NCBI GenBank assembly: GCA_016200545.1
Contig: JACQEO010000070.1
Coordinates: 12,663-76,662 of the forward strand
Reading direction: 5' to 3'
Source of the DNA: Deltaproteobacteria bacterium
GTDB lineage: Bacteria; Desulfobacterota; Binatia; UTPRO1
DNA length: 64,000 nucleotides
Shown: positions 63,183-64,000 of the stretch, piece by piece
Layout: every line of letters begins with the position of its first letter
Position numbering within the stretch: the first letter of the stretch is position 1
Program-made: the position numbers and the translations under genes
The notes under the pieces: generated by a model
What the model was told of the DNA's origin: nothing
Databases searched by the model: none
Seen by the model: the letters and a program-made list of their open reading frames with translations, nothing else

Positions 63183-64000
63183 ATGCGCGTCTTTCTCGTT
63201 CACATTCGGGATCCACAGTTCTACGCCTTGCCGGCGGCGACGCGTGCCGCCAACGGCAATCTGCGCATCATGGGATTCCCGCCGATCGGCATCATGTCGC
63301 TCTCGGCCGTCCTCAAGCGCGCCGGCCACGAGTGCGTGATGTTCGACCAGGCGAACCCGGAGACGCCGAACGAGACGATCATCGAGGCGATCCGGACGCA
63401 GCGGCCCGACCTCGTCGGCCTGAGTTTCCTCAGCACCACCAGCTATCCCTACGCGAAGCTGCTCGCGCGCCAGATCCGCGCCGCGGATGCAAGCGTGCGC
63501 CTGGCGTTCGGCGGCGTCTTCGCCACCCTGAACGCGGAGCTCGTGAAGCGACAGTGCCCTGAGGTCGACTTCGTCTGCCGCGGTGACGGCGAGCAGCTGA
63601 TCCTCGATCTGCTCGAGCGCCTCGATGATCCCACCGAGGTCGCGGGACTCACCTGGGCGAAGGACGACAAGCTCGTCCATAACCCGAATCGCATGCTCGA
63701 CCGCAATCTCGACCAGTGGCCGTTCCCCGATCGCGACAGCTTGCCCTTGGATTTCGTCGAGTCGATGCCGCTCGACGTGCCGGCGGTGCTGTCGATGGAG
63801 CGCTTCACGACCATGCAGACGTCGCGCGGCTGCCCGTGGCCGTGCGTCTTCTGCGACATCCCCGTCTTCAACGAAGGGAAGTGGCGCTCGCGGAGCCCGC
63901 GGCACGTCGTCGACGAATTCAATCACCTGCAAGCGCTCGGCTATGGCTCGGTCTACTTCGTCGACGATCACTTCCTCTTGCAGCCGAAGCGCATCGAGGC
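63183..64000 (+). CDS. B12-binding radical SAM protein, N-terminal part (runs off the right edge)
   Basis: Absent from the track because it is edge-truncated. The listed antisense ORF 63117..63971 is an artefact. MRVFLVHIRDPQF..PPIGIMSLSAVLKRAGHECVMFD (B12-binding fold) followed by TSRGCPWPCVFCD (CX3CX2C). Confidence 0.8.
   Translation, partial: MRVFLVHIRDPQFYALPAATRAANGNLRIMGFPPIGIMSLSAVLKRAGHECVMFDQANPETPNETIIEAIRTQRPDLVGLSFLSTTSYPYAKLLARQIRAADASVRLAFGGVFATLNAELVKRQCPEVDFVCRGDGEQLILDLLERLDDPTEVAGLTWAKDDKLVHNPNRMLDRNLDQWPFPDRDSLPLDFVESMPLDVPAVLSMERFTTMQTSRGCPWPCVFCDIPVFNEGKWRSRSPRHVVDEFNHLQALGYGSVYFVDDHFLLQPKRIE

Overview
High-GC bacterial DNA (about two-thirds G+C by eye; neighbouring genes often share 4-nt ATGA/GTGA start/stop overlaps). 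Almost the whole window is one large surface-polysaccharide (EPS) locus. Its gene set resembles loci that accompany the PEP-CTERM/EpsH (exosortase) system. It has a small histidine-kinase-like protein, a sigma-54 enhancer-binding response regulator, an ExeA-like secretion ATPase, a Wza-like exporter, a chain-length determinant and a BY-kinase-like ATPase. It also has O-antigen-ligase/Wzy-like proteins, two AsnB-type amidotransferases, two NodB deacetylases, a priming sugar transferase, many GT4/GT2 glycosyltransferases and a Wzx flippase. I found no exosortase and no PEP-CTERM protein in the window. From 13.6 to 50.3 kb, about 32 co-directional ORFs follow a specialised NusG paralog, with no gap over about 140 nt. 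Two exact sigma-54 promoter matches sit in intergenic DNA on the coding strand. The most unusual content is five alkaline-phosphatase-superfamily enzymes, four of which end in the same acidic-linker plus LGY[ILV] tail. The fifth lacks the tail and is followed by a COG0523 (CobW-like) GTPase and an overlapping 42-codon ORF, absent from the ORF track, that encodes only such a tail. Other oddities are listed in the findings: a priming transferase fused to an O-antigen-ligase-like domain; a lower-GC radical-SAM/SPASM gene; a polyprenyl-P-sugar GT2 with a GT-C transferase side module; a PdxA2 / aldolase::cyclase / DUF1537 acid-sugar cassette inside the operon; two paralogous small helical proteins; and a secreted protein with four Cys-module repeats, a Pro/Thr linker and two Ig-like domains. 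The right flank holds a GAF histidine kinase, DUF983, an ABC-2 exporter, two more glycosyltransferases, a DEAD-box helicase and an edge-truncated B12-binding radical SAM gene. I saw no rRNA, tRNA, CRISPR array or intact mobile element. Many long ORFs in the track are alternate-frame or antisense artefacts of high GC and were not called. All family assignments come from motif recognition by eye, not from searches.
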